The position numbers and the translations under genes were made by a program. Shown here in pieces: positions 1 through 9,462 of a DNA stretch of 64,000 nt. The notes beneath the pieces are model-generated. The model was not told the DNA's origin. It did not search any database and saw only the letters and a program-made list of their open reading frames with translations. Source of the DNA: Oscillospiraceae bacterium (GTDB taxonomy: Bacteria; Bacillota; Clostridia; Oscillospirales; Ruminococcaceae); contig JALEVO010000159.1 in NCBI GenBank assembly GCA_022788225.1, positions 54,428-118,427 of the forward strand, written 5' to 3'. Each line of letters opens with the position of its first letter. Within the stretch, counting starts at the first letter, position 1.

Positions 1-1883
1 TTGAAGATGTGCATAAGCGCACCGTCAAAATAGTGTTCCTTGTAAGGCGGTTCAAGCAGTTTTGCACCGTATGGAGTATTGAGTATATCGTGAACGCTGT
101 TCATAGCCTTTTCAGCCTGTTCAGCGGACGCAAACTTTGAAATAACGCTCCAGCTCTGGGGGTTCAGCCACATATTAGCCTCAGGGTCTTTCTTTGCGCC
201 TACCACTACGCCGTCCTCACGGATTCCTCTGATAAATCTGTCCTCGTCCCAGCACTTTTCAAGTGATGTGCCAAGTTCAGCCTGCACCTTTTCGATGTAT
301 GCCTTGTACTCGCTGTCGTTTCTCTCAGCAGCCATGTCCTTTATAACGTTCATAGCGTAGTAAAGCTGGAATGCAACGAATGTGGACTCGCCCTTTGCAC
401 CCAGTCTCAGACAGTCGTTCCAGTCAGCGTGAAGTCCGGCAGGCATTGAGTGTGCGCCCAGTCTTTCCATTGAGAAACGGATAGCATTTTTCAGATGGTC
501 ATAAACAGTAGCCTCGCCGCCGTTAGCGTAAACGATAACCTCATCTAAGAAAGCCTTGTTTCCGCTTTCACCGATGTACTTCACGATTGTCGGGAACAGC
601 CAGAGAGCGTCGTCAGCACGGTATGACGGATGACCTGTTTCCTTTACATACTCTGGGTCGTCCGGTGTATTTTCGTGACCTGCATTGTGGTTGAACTTAA
701 CCAGCGGAAGTCCGCCGCCGTTGTCAACCTGTGCGGAGAGCATGAAACGAATCTTGTCCGCAGCCATTTCCGGATTAAGGTGGATAATACCCTGTATATC
801 CTGCACTGTATCACGGTAGCCGTAACCGTTTCTAAGACCGCAGTAAACGAATGAAGCGGCTCTTGACCAGATAAATGTGATAAAGCACTGGAAAGCGTTC
901 CATACATTTATCATGTTGTTAAACTCCTCTGACGGTGTTTCAACCTGGAAACGGTCGAGGGTTGCGTGCCAGTAATTTTTCAGTTCAGCAATTTCAGCGT
1001 CGCACTTGCCGGCAGCCTTGTACTCGTTTAAAATAGCATCAGCCTGTGCGTTGTCCTTCTGACCGAGAATGTAAACAAGTTCAATAGTCTGTCCCGGTTC
1101 AAGGGTTATGTCAGACTGTAAAGCACCGCAGGCATTTGAGTTGAAGTTCATTGAGTTGTCAAGCTTACCGTTTTCAACAGCAACAGGGTTTGAATATGTT
1201 CTGTATGAACCGATAAAGTTGTCAAGGTTGCCGCATGATGCAGTAATGTCAGCACCAACCATTCCGAAGAAACGCTCTCTGTGGTTTGAACCTGTTTCGT
1301 CCTTGCCGGAATTTTCATTGATGTGCTGTAAAATCTTGTTGCCCTCAAAGCTTGTTCTTGTAATGAACAGGGTGTACTGGAGGTTTACCTGATCCTGCTC
1401 ATAGTTGTTGTCGTTTGTAAATTCAACGAAACCAAAAACAGAAAGCTTTCTTGCCTTGCTGTCATTGTTTGTAATCTTGCTGCGCCATACTTCGTATGTC
1501 TTGCCGTTTGGCACATAGTAAGTTGTTTCAGCCTTGATGTCAGCGTATTCGGAGCTGATAACTGTATAGGCAGTACCATGGCGGCACTCGCTCTTATACT
1601 TGTCCATAGGCTTGCCCACCGGCTGCCATGAGGCTGACCAGTAATCAGCAGTATCGTTATCTCTTATGTAGATGTAGCGACCCGGGAGAGCCATCATAGA
1701 GTTAAAGCGGTAGCGGCTGATTCTTCCGTTTGCACCGGACTTTACAAAACTGTATCCGGCGGCGTTGTTGGAAATAATTGCACCGTATTCCGGTGAACCG
1801 AGGTAGTTTACCCATGGTGCCGGAGTATCCGGTCTTGTAATAACATATTCCTTGTTTTTAAGGTCAAAGTAACCGTAGTTCAT
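1..1883 (-). CDS. GH94 glycoside phosphorylase (cellodextrin / N,N'-diacetylchitobiose phosphorylase type), 3' end beyond window
   Basis: Not in the ORF track; my translation from ATG at 1883 (RBS GGAG) gives MNYGYFDLKNKEYVITRPDTPAPWVNYLG...YGYRDTVQD...YRADDALWL...GLHADWNDCLRLG, typical GH94 motifs; frame open to position 1. Confidence 0.9.
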   Translation of the reverse strand, partial: MNYGYFDLKNKEYVITRPDTPAPWVNYLGSPEYGAIISNNAAGYSFVKSGANGRISRYRFNSMMALPGRYIYIRDNDTADYWSASWQPVGKPMDKYKSECRHGTAYTVISSEYADIKAETTYYVPNGKTYEVWRSKITNNDSKARKLSVFGFVEFTNDNNYEQDQVNLQYTLFITRTSFEGNKILQHINENSGKDETGSNHRERFFGMVGADITASCGNLDNFIGSYRTYSNPVAVENGKLDNSMNFNSNACGALQSDITLEPGQTIELVYILGQKDNAQADAILNEYKAAGKCDAEIAELKNYWHATLDRFQVETPSEEFNNMINVWNAFQCFITFIWSRAASFVYCGLRNGYGYRDTVQDIQGIIHLNPEMAADKIRFMLSAQVDNGGGLPLVKFNHNAGHENTPDDPEYVKETGHPSYRADDALWLFPTIVKYIGESGNKAFLDEVIVYANGGEATVYDHLKNAIRFSMERLGAHSMPAGLHADWNDCLRLGAKGESTFVAFQLYYAMNVIKDMAAERNDSEYKAYIEKVQAELGTSLEKCWDEDRFIRGIREDGVVVGAKKDPEANMWLNPQSWSVISKFASAEQAEKAMNSVHDILNTPYGAKLLEPPYKEHYFDGALMHIF

Positions 1884-2042
1884 TTAAAATCTCCTTAAAG
1901 CATAATATTCTTTTTCGCATAAAGCTACTTCTATGATAACATTTAAACAGACATATTTCAAGGGGGTAAGAAGAAAAAAATAAGGAAAATTTTATGCTGT
2001 ATTTAATAGAATCAATTTTTCTGACCTGAGCATATCTGTTTA

Positions 2043-2071
2043 TTGACTTTATTATGGTTGTATGTTAAAAT
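2043..2071 (+). promoter_or_regulatory. sigma-A type promoter
   Basis: TTGACT-N17-TAAAAT with TG extension, 26 nt before ATG 2098. Confidence 0.6.
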
Positions 2072-2097
2072 AAAATAAAAATGATATGGAGGTAAAT

Positions 2098-3657
2098 ATG
2101 AAGAATATTCTTAAAAAGACTGCCGTACTTGTTTCAGCTGTATTATGCATGACTAATATCAGTCTGACTGCCGGAGCGTATGACGAAACTGCCAACCTGC
2201 CTGATAACGAGTATGAACTGGAAGTCGTTGATGAGCCTGAAAGCGGATATGTGTACGACGGAATTTACTACGATATTGACGGAGATTTTGCGTATGTTTA
2301 TGACGCTGACGCCGATATCACCAGTGCAGAGATTATGGATATGGTCGATGGTTGTGCTGTAACAATGATAACCGCCTATGCCTTTTCAGCCTGTGAAAAG
2401 CTCGAAGAAATCACAGTGCCAAGCTGTCTCAGCTATATTGACGCAGGTGCTTTTGACAATACCGCATGGTATAAGTCCCAGCCGGACGGTCCTGTTTACA
2501 TAGGAAACGTGCTTTATGACTATAAGGGGGATATTCCGGAAAATACCAGTGTTGAAGTAAGGGAAGGAACAATTTCCATTTCTCCTTATGCCTTTGCCGG
2601 AGAGATGAACACGGAAACCTACGAAGTTGCGGAAACAACTGGTCTTGTATCAGTTCAGCTGCCGGAGATTATTGAACTTATCGGTTACAAAGCCTTTGAG
2701 TCATGCACCGGACTTGAAAATATAACAGTACCGGAAAACCAGCACATTGTAATTGAATATGACGCATTTAAAAATACCGCATGGTATAACGCTCAGCCGG
2801 ACGGTCCTGTTTATGCAGGGTCAGTCCTTTACAGGTATAAGGGAGAAATGCCGGAAAACACTGACCTTGTTCTCAGAGAAGATACAAAAGTAATTTGCGC
2901 AAGTGCTTTTTATCCCGATCAGGACGAAAATTCTGATGAGGAAATCGTAAACACAGGTCTTAAAAGCATAACCTTGCCGGAGGGACTTGAATACATAGGC
3001 GACGGTGCTTTTCAGTCCTGCCAGTCGCTGACAGAAATTTCTATACCGGACAGAGTTTCAGTAATAGGTGACGGTGCTTTCTTTAACTGCACTTCTCTTT
3101 CTTCAGTGAAACTGCCTGAGAATCTCGGCGAAATAGGAATGGCACAGTTTGCACTTTGCGAATCACTCAAAACTATTGAGCTGCCGGAAAACGTTGGAAG
3201 TATCGGAGATATTGCGTTTCTGAAATCAGGGCTTACTGATGTTGAAATTTCTAAATATGTTTCTTATATAGGCAGCGGAGCATTTTACTGCCCTTCACTT
3301 AAAAATATTACAATACCGAATCCAAGATGTATAATTGAAGATGAAAGCTCAGTTTCAAACTATATGGACGATGAGGGTACAATGTATTATTATGGCACAA
3401 TAAAGGGATATGCAAATTCCTGTGCTGACATTTATGCTCAGAAATTTGGATACACCTTTGACGGCAGTCTGGGCGTTATCGGTGATATCAGCGATAACGG
3501 AAAAATCGACCTTTATGACGCCATAAGGATAGCTGAATACATCATGAACATGAGGACGTTTGATGACAATATGCTTATGATTGCGGATTATAATCTGGAT
3601 TATGTAGTTAACCTTTATGATGTTATCGCTATTGCGGCTGAACTTCTTCCCAAATAA
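2098..3657 (+). CDS. Secreted BspA-like leucine-rich-repeat protein with C-terminal dockerin
   Basis: Signal peptide; LRR_5 repeats (SITLPEGLEYIGDGAFQSCQSLTEISIP); duplicated AFxNTAWY..QPDGPVY.G.VLY.YKG; dockerin GDISDNGKIDLYDAI...ADYNLDYVVNLYDVI; start moved to ATG 2098 after GGAGG. Confidence 0.85.
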   Translation: MKNILKKTAVLVSAVLCMTNISLTAGAYDETANLPDNEYELEVVDEPESGYVYDGIYYDIDGDFAYVYDADADITSAEIMDMVDGCAVTMITAYAFSACEKLEEITVPSCLSYIDAGAFDNTAWYKSQPDGPVYIGNVLYDYKGDIPENTSVEVREGTISISPYAFAGEMNTETYEVAETTGLVSVQLPEIIELIGYKAFESCTGLENITVPENQHIVIEYDAFKNTAWYNAQPDGPVYAGSVLYRYKGEMPENTDLVLREDTKVICASAFYPDQDENSDEEIVNTGLKSITLPEGLEYIGDGAFQSCQSLTEISIPDRVSVIGDGAFFNCTSLSSVKLPENLGEIGMAQFALCESLKTIELPENVGSIGDIAFLKSGLTDVEISKYVSYIGSGAFYCPSLKNITIPNPRCIIEDESSVSNYMDDEGTMYYYGTIKGYANSCADIYAQKFGYTFDGSLGVIGDISDNGKIDLYDAIRIAEYIMNMRTFDDNMLMIADYNLDYVVNLYDVIAIAAELLPK

Positions 3658-3661
3658 AAGC

Positions 3662-3703
3662 AAAGGTTTCGCATGACTTATTAAAGTCGGCGAAACCTTT
3701 TTT
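3662..3703. terminator. Bidirectional intrinsic terminator
   Basis: AAAGGTTTCG...CGAAACCTTTTTT between convergent genes. Confidence 0.75.
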
Positions 3704-3708
3704 CTATA

Positions 3709-4329
3709 TCAGAAAATATCAGAAATTTTCCTTTTTATTCCTTTGAACACCTCTGCGCATTTGAATTTGACCTGATAATTTTCCGGGTTTTCCATAACGT
3801 CCAGTTCTTCTTTTGTAAAGTAATCTTCTGCGGTGTCAGTATCTGCACTGACTGTTTCAGCTGCCGGAATGCAAAGCGGCGGATACATAACGCACCACCA
3901 GTTATGCCCCTGCGCTTCCCCTATTGTTATCCTGAGTGCGTCGTAATTTCCAGCGGGCATTGTCAGATTGCCGTAGACACGGTCGTCAAACTCCATATTA
4001 ACAAGGCTGCTCTGTGCGTCGTAGTCAAAACCGTTTTCATCTATAACTTCAAGTACGATATCATTTATATAGTCAAGCTTCTTTTCTGCGGTGTTTTTCA
4101 TTTCCTCAAGGGTACTGCAATTTCCGAAAATCTCCTCAGAATGCTCCAGCAGAGTGTCCCTTACCTTGATTTTAAGCTGCTGGTCCTCTTCACTGTCAGA
4201 ATTTGCAAGAATGTGCATTCTTAAAACTTCGTTTTCCAGTCCGGAAAGAGTTGATTCAAACTTCGCAAAATTTGAAAAGAGTATTGCTCCAATAAGTCCA
4301 CCAAGTAAAATAATGTCTGTTTTCTTCAT
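3709..4329 (-). CDS. spoIIR: Stage II sporulation protein R
   Basis: LRMHILANSDS..DQ.LK.KVRD and PAGNYDALRITIGEAQGHNWWCVMYPPLC motifs; start MKKTD after GAGGTG. Confidence 0.92.
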   Translation of the reverse strand: MKKTDIILLGGLIGAILFSNFAKFESTLSGLENEVLRMHILANSDSEEDQQLKIKVRDTLLEHSEEIFGNCSTLEEMKNTAEKKLDYINDIVLEVIDENGFDYDAQSSLVNMEFDDRVYGNLTMPAGNYDALRITIGEAQGHNWWCVMYPPLCIPAAETVSADTDTAEDYFTKEELDVMENPENYQVKFKCAEVFKGIKRKISDIF

Positions 4330-4383
4330 GTCATTCACCTCACAGGTATCATTGGCAGATTTTTCAGACATTATTCAGAGAAG

Positions 4384-5193
4384 TTATTCCGTTTCCAGAA
4401 AAACAATCTCCGGCGGATTGAAAATCCTCAGTTTCCCGATTCCTCCTGAAACCACCATTGCAGTTTTGCCCGACTTATAAATACCCTTGCTGTATTTCGG
4501 AAAAAACTTCCTCTCCGGCGAAAGCAAGCCGCCTATAAAGGGCAGTCTGACTGCTCCTCCGTGGACATGACCGCTGAAAACCAGATCTGCCCCCCACTGT
4601 GCGTAGGCGTCAAGGCAAAAGGGATTGTGGGCTGAAAGAATGGTGAAACCCTCCTTTTTCCCAAGGGCGTTTTCAAGCTCGTCCGCCGTGTACTTTTCAA
4701 GATTGGAATATCCGCCGTCCGGATTTTTGTAGATACTGCTTTTCAGATTTGCACCGGCAATTTTTATCTGCCTGCCGCCATATTCAAACACAGTCTGACT
4801 GTTTTCAAGATAATTCACGCCGTTTTTCTTCATAATCTGTTTATAGACGCCGTATTCCTTTTCCGGCAGGTCAAGCTCATGATTTCCCGGACTGGCATAA
4901 ACAGGACATATTTTTGTGAGTTCAGCAGTCAGGCGGTCAAGGCGGGAAAAATCCTTTTCCGTTCTGGAGACAATGTCCCCTGTCAGCAGGATAAAATCCG
5001 GTTCAAACTGTTTTACTTTGGCGCATATCTGCTTTTCACAGCGCTTTTTGTGTATATCCGATATCTGTACGATTTTCAGTCCTTTTATGCCGGTTCTGAC
5101 TGTGTACCGTTTAATTAACAGCAGTTTGTTTTCGGCATAAATATAAATTGAAAATAGTATAAGAAAGCATATTATCAGGCAGATAAACTCCAT
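4384..5193 (-). CDS. Membrane-anchored calcineurin-like metallophosphoesterase (YkuE-like)
   Basis: ISDIH, TGDIV, GNHE, SAHNP, SGHVHGG motifs; N-terminal TM helix. Confidence 0.85.
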   Translation of the reverse strand: MEFICLIICFLILFSIYIYAENKLLLIKRYTVRTGIKGLKIVQISDIHKKRCEKQICAKVKQFEPDFILLTGDIVSRTEKDFSRLDRLTAELTKICPVYASPGNHELDLPEKEYGVYKQIMKKNGVNYLENSQTVFEYGGRQIKIAGANLKSSIYKNPDGGYSNLEKYTADELENALGKKEGFTILSAHNPFCLDAYAQWGADLVFSGHVHGGAVRLPFIGGLLSPERKFFPKYSKGIYKSGKTAMVVSGGIGKLRIFNPPEIVFLETE

Positions 5194-5205
5194 TTTAAAG
5201 TCCTT

Positions 5206-5595
5206 TCACTGGGGTGCTAAAAAGTCAAAGCAGGGAATATTTCTCAAAACTCCGAATATCAGCAGAATTGCAATCATGGTATAAATCATGACCTGCATCA
5301 GCTTATTGTAAAGGGGTACGCCTGTTTTTATATAGCCGTATGCCCTCATGGCAAAAAACAGGAGCAGAAAGGGCAGTAAGACAAACACAGCACAGTTGCT
5401 GCGGAATGCACCGTAAAAATCCAGCTTTATCATATGCTGAAACATTCTTGTAACGCCGCAGCCGGGGCAGTAAAAACCAGTCACTAATTTTGTGGGGCAT
5501 TTTATGGAAATTACAAAGGTAGACAGATAATAAACAATGCCTGCTGCTAAAACAGCAGCAAGCATTGAAATAATTTTTAAAAATCTTTTTCTCAT
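5206..5595 (-). CDS. DUF2752-like membrane protein
   Basis: CPTKLVTGFYCPGCGVTR motif plus TM helices. Confidence 0.75.
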   Translation of the reverse strand: MRKRFLKIISMLAAVLAAGIVYYLSTFVISIKCPTKLVTGFYCPGCGVTRMFQHMIKLDFYGAFRSNCAVFVLLPFLLLFFAMRAYGYIKTGVPLYNKLMQVMIYTMIAILLIFGVLRNIPCFDFLAPQ

Positions 5596-5948
5596 TATGC
5601 AGGCATTGAAGACATCTTGTTAAGCTCTGACTGAATAAGGCAGTAGCTTACGATGCCAAGACCGAATAATGCAAGAACGAGGTAGAGTACACCATTGTTT
5701 GTGGCAGGCAGACCTCTCTTCTGCTGAGCGTATTCAATCTTTTCTCCGGCTTTATAGAACCATACCCAGAGATAGATAGAGCAGGTGATGAGTGAAAGCA
5801 GGAAAACAATTCCGCCGCTTGTGTCATTTGGTTTGTCTGAAACTGTGTTAACATCGTTTACCATGCAGATGAACCAGTAGATTCCGTAAATTCCGCAGGT
5901 GACAATAGAAAGAATGATGCATACAGCAATGTTTCTGTTTTGTACCAT
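5595..5948 (-). CDS. DUF4234-like membrane protein
   Basis: RNIAVCIILSIVTCGIYGIYW motif; start MVQNRN after GGAGGT. Confidence 0.75.
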   Translation of the reverse strand: MVQNRNIAVCIILSIVTCGIYGIYWFICMVNDVNTVSDKPNDTSGGIVFLLSLITCSIYLWVWFYKAGEKIEYAQQKRGLPATNNGVLYLVLALFGLGIVSYCLIQSELNKMSSMPA

Positions 5949-6076
5949 AAGTAAAAAACCTCCCAATATTATTTACAAATAGATTATATCATATATTTTA
6001 CTTATGATTAGGGTAAATTCCCCTATAAATCATATACTGTCTGGTTGCATAATTTTCAATACAAAAATTTATATAT

Positions 6077-8848
6077 TTATACAAAAATCGACATTATGTA
6101 ATCTTCATCAAGTCTGAATGACGGCCGGAAATTCTCTGAACCGCAGTAATTGCGCACACTTTTCACAAACCATCTTCCCTCGCTGCTTTGCATCAGTTTT
6201 TCAAGGGACATTGTGCAAACCATAAGTTTACCCTCTGCGACATCTGCCTCAAAGACATTGCCAAGCTTGTGATTGCGCTCCCAGTTGTCGATAGTCTGGA
6301 CTATCGGGTAATAACCCTTTGGGGTGTCGTCTAAAACTGCGCAGACTCCGCTTGTTACAATGTTGTACCACTGGGGCGTTGAATAACGCTCGCTTGGGAA
6401 GAGTGAAAGGGATTGGTGGTGCTTGTCAATAAGCAGTCCCATTGTTCCGGTGGGGACAGGCTTATTCATACTTTCTGATATCGAGCGGAACATTGGGTAA
6501 CACCAGAAATCAGTGCAGTAAACCCCATCGATACTGTTTTTCAGCTTATCGGTTATAAGCAGTACATTGCCGCCGTTTTTAAGCTCTTCAAGAGCCTCTG
6601 CGGGATTTTCGGTCATAAGAACGCTGTCCGTGATTTCCGGCATATCCGTTTCGGGGAATACCCACAGGTCATAGCTGTTTTCGGTGTTTTTTGCAGTAAG
6701 GGTGAGGGTTATCTTTTCAGGTGCAGTATATTCCGGCACTTTCCAGTTTATCACCCCAAGATTTATAAGACCCGTCTGCTTCCGGGTTTCAAATTCTCCC
6801 CCGGCAAGGACACGGCTGTCCTGGGATATCTCCCAGCGGATATAATCGTCAGGGAAACCGCCGGGAATATAGCAGCGGGCGGAAATGTAAGCTGTAAACT
6901 CGCTGCCGGAAATAACATAGTCTTCAAACTGTGCAAGCAGCACCTTGTCCGAGCAGAATCCACGCCACTTTTCAGCAGTTACAAAGCCTTTGTTTTCCAT
7001 GAAGGCGTTGAGTATGCCGACAAGAGCAGTACCCTGTCCGGGAAAATCCTGTAAGTCAAGCAACTGGAATCCGGCAAGCTTTTCGGAGCGCATTGCCGTT
7101 TCAATCTCATTTTTATAGCATTCAGCCGCAAAGTATCCGGCAGCCTTATAGAATTTTTTCCATCTGTCAAGCATACCCTTTTTATCAAGACGTTCTCTGA
7201 ATATCTCAAAATTTTCAGCCTTTAAAACGCCGGAATATTTGCTTATCTCTTCAAGATCAGGGTAGAAGGTGTATTGTCCCACTTCATGGGAAACAACAGG
7301 AATTTTCGGGTCAAGACCGCCGGAACCGCCAGTCACCTTAACTTTCTTTACCCCTGTGCCGTACTGTATCTCAATTTCGCCCTCAGCGGCAGAACCGTCC
7401 ACAGAAACCGGCGGACAGATTATCATGTCGTAGCTGTGGGAGGTGCTGGGCTTGTCCGTCTGAATATGACCTAAAGGAGCGTCACACATTGCATAAGACC
7501 CCCTTATAAGCCTTTCACCGCTTAAACGAACGCCGCAGAAAAAGTCATCATTTTCAACAATTGTAGGGTAAAACTGAAAATTGTTTGAACCCATTGTGTA
7601 TAAATGACGGCGGTCGTATGCCTTGTAATCTTTCATTATACAGTTCATGCGCTGCGGATTTCCCCACAGTTCGTTTCCAAGAGAAAACATACAGAAAGAC
7701 GGGTGATTTCCGAAAGCGTCCATCATTTTATAGCCTTCGTTTATCAGATATTCCTGTTCGGCGGCGTTGAAGCCGTCCTCGTTTTCTGCCGGAAGAGTAC
7801 CCCAGAAAGGCAGTTCAGGTTCCATGTAGATACCAACCATATCAGCCGCTGTAAAGGCAGCGTCCGGCGGACAGCAGGTGTGGAAACGATAGTGATTTAT
7901 GCCGTAGTCCTTTGCTGTTTTAAGCACCTTTACCCAGCTTTCCACATCTGTCGGTGCAGCGCCTGTAATTGGAAATACAAGACCGTCGTGCTTTCCCCGG
8001 AGGAAAACCGGTTCGCCGTTTATCTTAAACTCCATTCCGTCTGCTGTGAACTCTCTCATGCCGAACTTTGTGTGTTCAATATCTCCGTTAGCAAACTCAA
8101 TGGTCATGGTGTAAATATTAGGTGCATATTCGCTCCAGAGGTGTATGTCTTCACCCATGGAATATGTAAATTCCGCAATACCATCCCTGTCTGCGGAAAT
8201 TTCAAACTGCTGCTGGGGACAGCAGTCGTCACCTATGAAAGCAACTGCGTTTATTTCTGCCTTATCACAGCCGCACAGGTGAAGTCTTACTCTGACAGTT
8301 TTGCTGTGAATATCCGGAAATATCTGAATATTTTCCGCATAGCAGTTTTCATAGGTGCGCAGTGAGATTTCGCCGGTTATACCGTTCCAGTTGGTCTGGG
8401 TGTCGGGAGAGGTAAGGTGTCCGCCGGCTGTGGGGTAGTCTGTGTTGTCAACCATGACTGTGATTATGTTTTCGCCGTCTTTCAGATACTCCCCCACATC
8501 GTAGACATGAGGGGTGCTCAGACTGTCAAGAAGTCCCCCTGCCGGTGTGCCGTTAATCCAGAGCATTGTTTTTCTGGTTCTTTCCAGGAAAAGTCTGATA
8601 TTTTTGCTACTGATATCATTTAATATGACCTTGCGCTGAAACCATGCACAGCCCTCAAACTTATATTCCTCTGTGAGAAATCCGGTTTCACGGGCAGTAT
8701 TTTTTTCGCCTTTTCCCGCAATAGAGAGGGTTGCCGGGAGCATAATGCTGTCGTCAAAATCATCATTGTAAAATTTCTTTTCAATACCTTCTTTGGCGGG
8801 GTCAAGGCGAAGTCCCCATAAGCCGTCGAGATATATAATATTTTTCAT
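6077..8848 (-). CDS. Glycoside hydrolase family 2 (beta-galactosidase/beta-glucuronidase-like), no signal peptide
   Basis: LDGLW start, WNGITG, FGMREF, INGEPVFLRG, GINHYRFH, NHPS...LGNE acid/base motif, SHEVG. Confidence 0.88.
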   Translation of the reverse strand: MKNIIYLDGLWGLRLDPAKEGIEKKFYNDDFDDSIMLPATLSIAGKGEKNTARETGFLTEEYKFEGCAWFQRKVILNDISSKNIRLFLERTRKTMLWINGTPAGGLLDSLSTPHVYDVGEYLKDGENIITVMVDNTDYPTAGGHLTSPDTQTNWNGITGEISLRTYENCYAENIQIFPDIHSKTVRVRLHLCGCDKAEINAVAFIGDDCCPQQQFEISADRDGIAEFTYSMGEDIHLWSEYAPNIYTMTIEFANGDIEHTKFGMREFTADGMEFKINGEPVFLRGKHDGLVFPITGAAPTDVESWVKVLKTAKDYGINHYRFHTCCPPDAAFTAADMVGIYMEPELPFWGTLPAENEDGFNAAEQEYLINEGYKMMDAFGNHPSFCMFSLGNELWGNPQRMNCIMKDYKAYDRRHLYTMGSNNFQFYPTIVENDDFFCGVRLSGERLIRGSYAMCDAPLGHIQTDKPSTSHSYDMIICPPVSVDGSAAEGEIEIQYGTGVKKVKVTGGSGGLDPKIPVVSHEVGQYTFYPDLEEISKYSGVLKAENFEIFRERLDKKGMLDRWKKFYKAAGYFAAECYKNEIETAMRSEKLAGFQLLDLQDFPGQGTALVGILNAFMENKGFVTAEKWRGFCSDKVLLAQFEDYVISGSEFTAYISARCYIPGGFPDDYIRWEISQDSRVLAGGEFETRKQTGLINLGVINWKVPEYTAPEKITLTLTAKNTENSYDLWVFPETDMPEITDSVLMTENPAEALEELKNGGNVLLITDKLKNSIDGVYCTDFWCYPMFRSISESMNKPVPTGTMGLLIDKHHQSLSLFPSERYSTPQWYNIVTSGVCAVLDDTPKGYYPIVQTIDNWERNHKLGNVFEADVAEGKLMVCTMSLEKLMQSSEGRWFVKSVRNYCGSENFRPSFRLDEDYIMSIFV

Positions 8849-9141
8849 AAGTTCTCCTTGTTTGAGAGGTTAATGCTTCTTTTAGATATTATTATATCAT
8901 TTCATTATCAAAAATAAAAGAGTAATTTGTATTTTTTCTATATTTAACTAATTAATTCCGGTAATTTTTTTGCATTTTTTGCTCCCTGCTGTTGAAATAA
9001 TGAAAAAAATGTGGTATAATTTCTTTATATAATGTTTTAAAGCGTTCAGGCTTTAATTTTTAAACTGTTGTTATCTCGTTGACTGTCAGCGTGAATTAAC
9101 AGTGGTTATATGTTCAAAATCCACAAAAATGAAATTAGCTA

Positions 9142-9170
9142 TTGCAACTTTTTCACAATCGTGATATATT
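9142..9170 (+). promoter_or_regulatory. sigma-A promoter of ilv-leu cluster
   Basis: TTGCAA-N17-TATATT with TGn extended -10. Confidence 0.6.
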
Positions 9171-9199
9171 AATAAATAGTATTTATAAAAGTATTTCAA

Positions 9200-9440
9200 T
9201 GGGAGGTTCAGCCGCATGACTGACTTGGTTTTTAATAGTTTTTCGGTTATGCCGGGTGAGCCGGCGATATACCGAGTCTGAAAAATATTGATATCATGAT
9301 AATTTATATATTATAGTAAACGAAAAATCAATTTTTAGTTTACTATTAGCCGACACGCACGGAGCGAACGAAGTAAGCAGATGTGCGAGGCAATAAAAAT
9401 ATACATAGTGAATGTAAAAATCTTTTTGCGTTCACTATAC
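9200..9440 (+). promoter_or_regulatory. Structured ilvB leader (candidate attenuator)
   Basis: uORF 9216-9281 with GGAGG; TTA CTA TTA at 9340-9348; hairpin GCC..CGCAC/GTGCG.GGC 9349-9391; 16-bp hairpin 9405-9438. Confidence 0.45.
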
Positions 9441-9462
9441 ACTGAAAGGAACTTGTTTACTT

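Noticed and set aside
630-1579. Short ORFs listed over the GH94 gene, and the many antisense/overlapping ORFs over ilv/leu, mfd, ppdK, typA, feoB and acc genes
   Set aside because: Shadow frames of well-supported CDSs, with no RBS or motif support
9180-9300. ppGpp/ykkC-type riboswitch or T-box upstream of ilvB
   Set aside because: No AGGGTTCCG core, no AG-box/GGTGG T-box motifs
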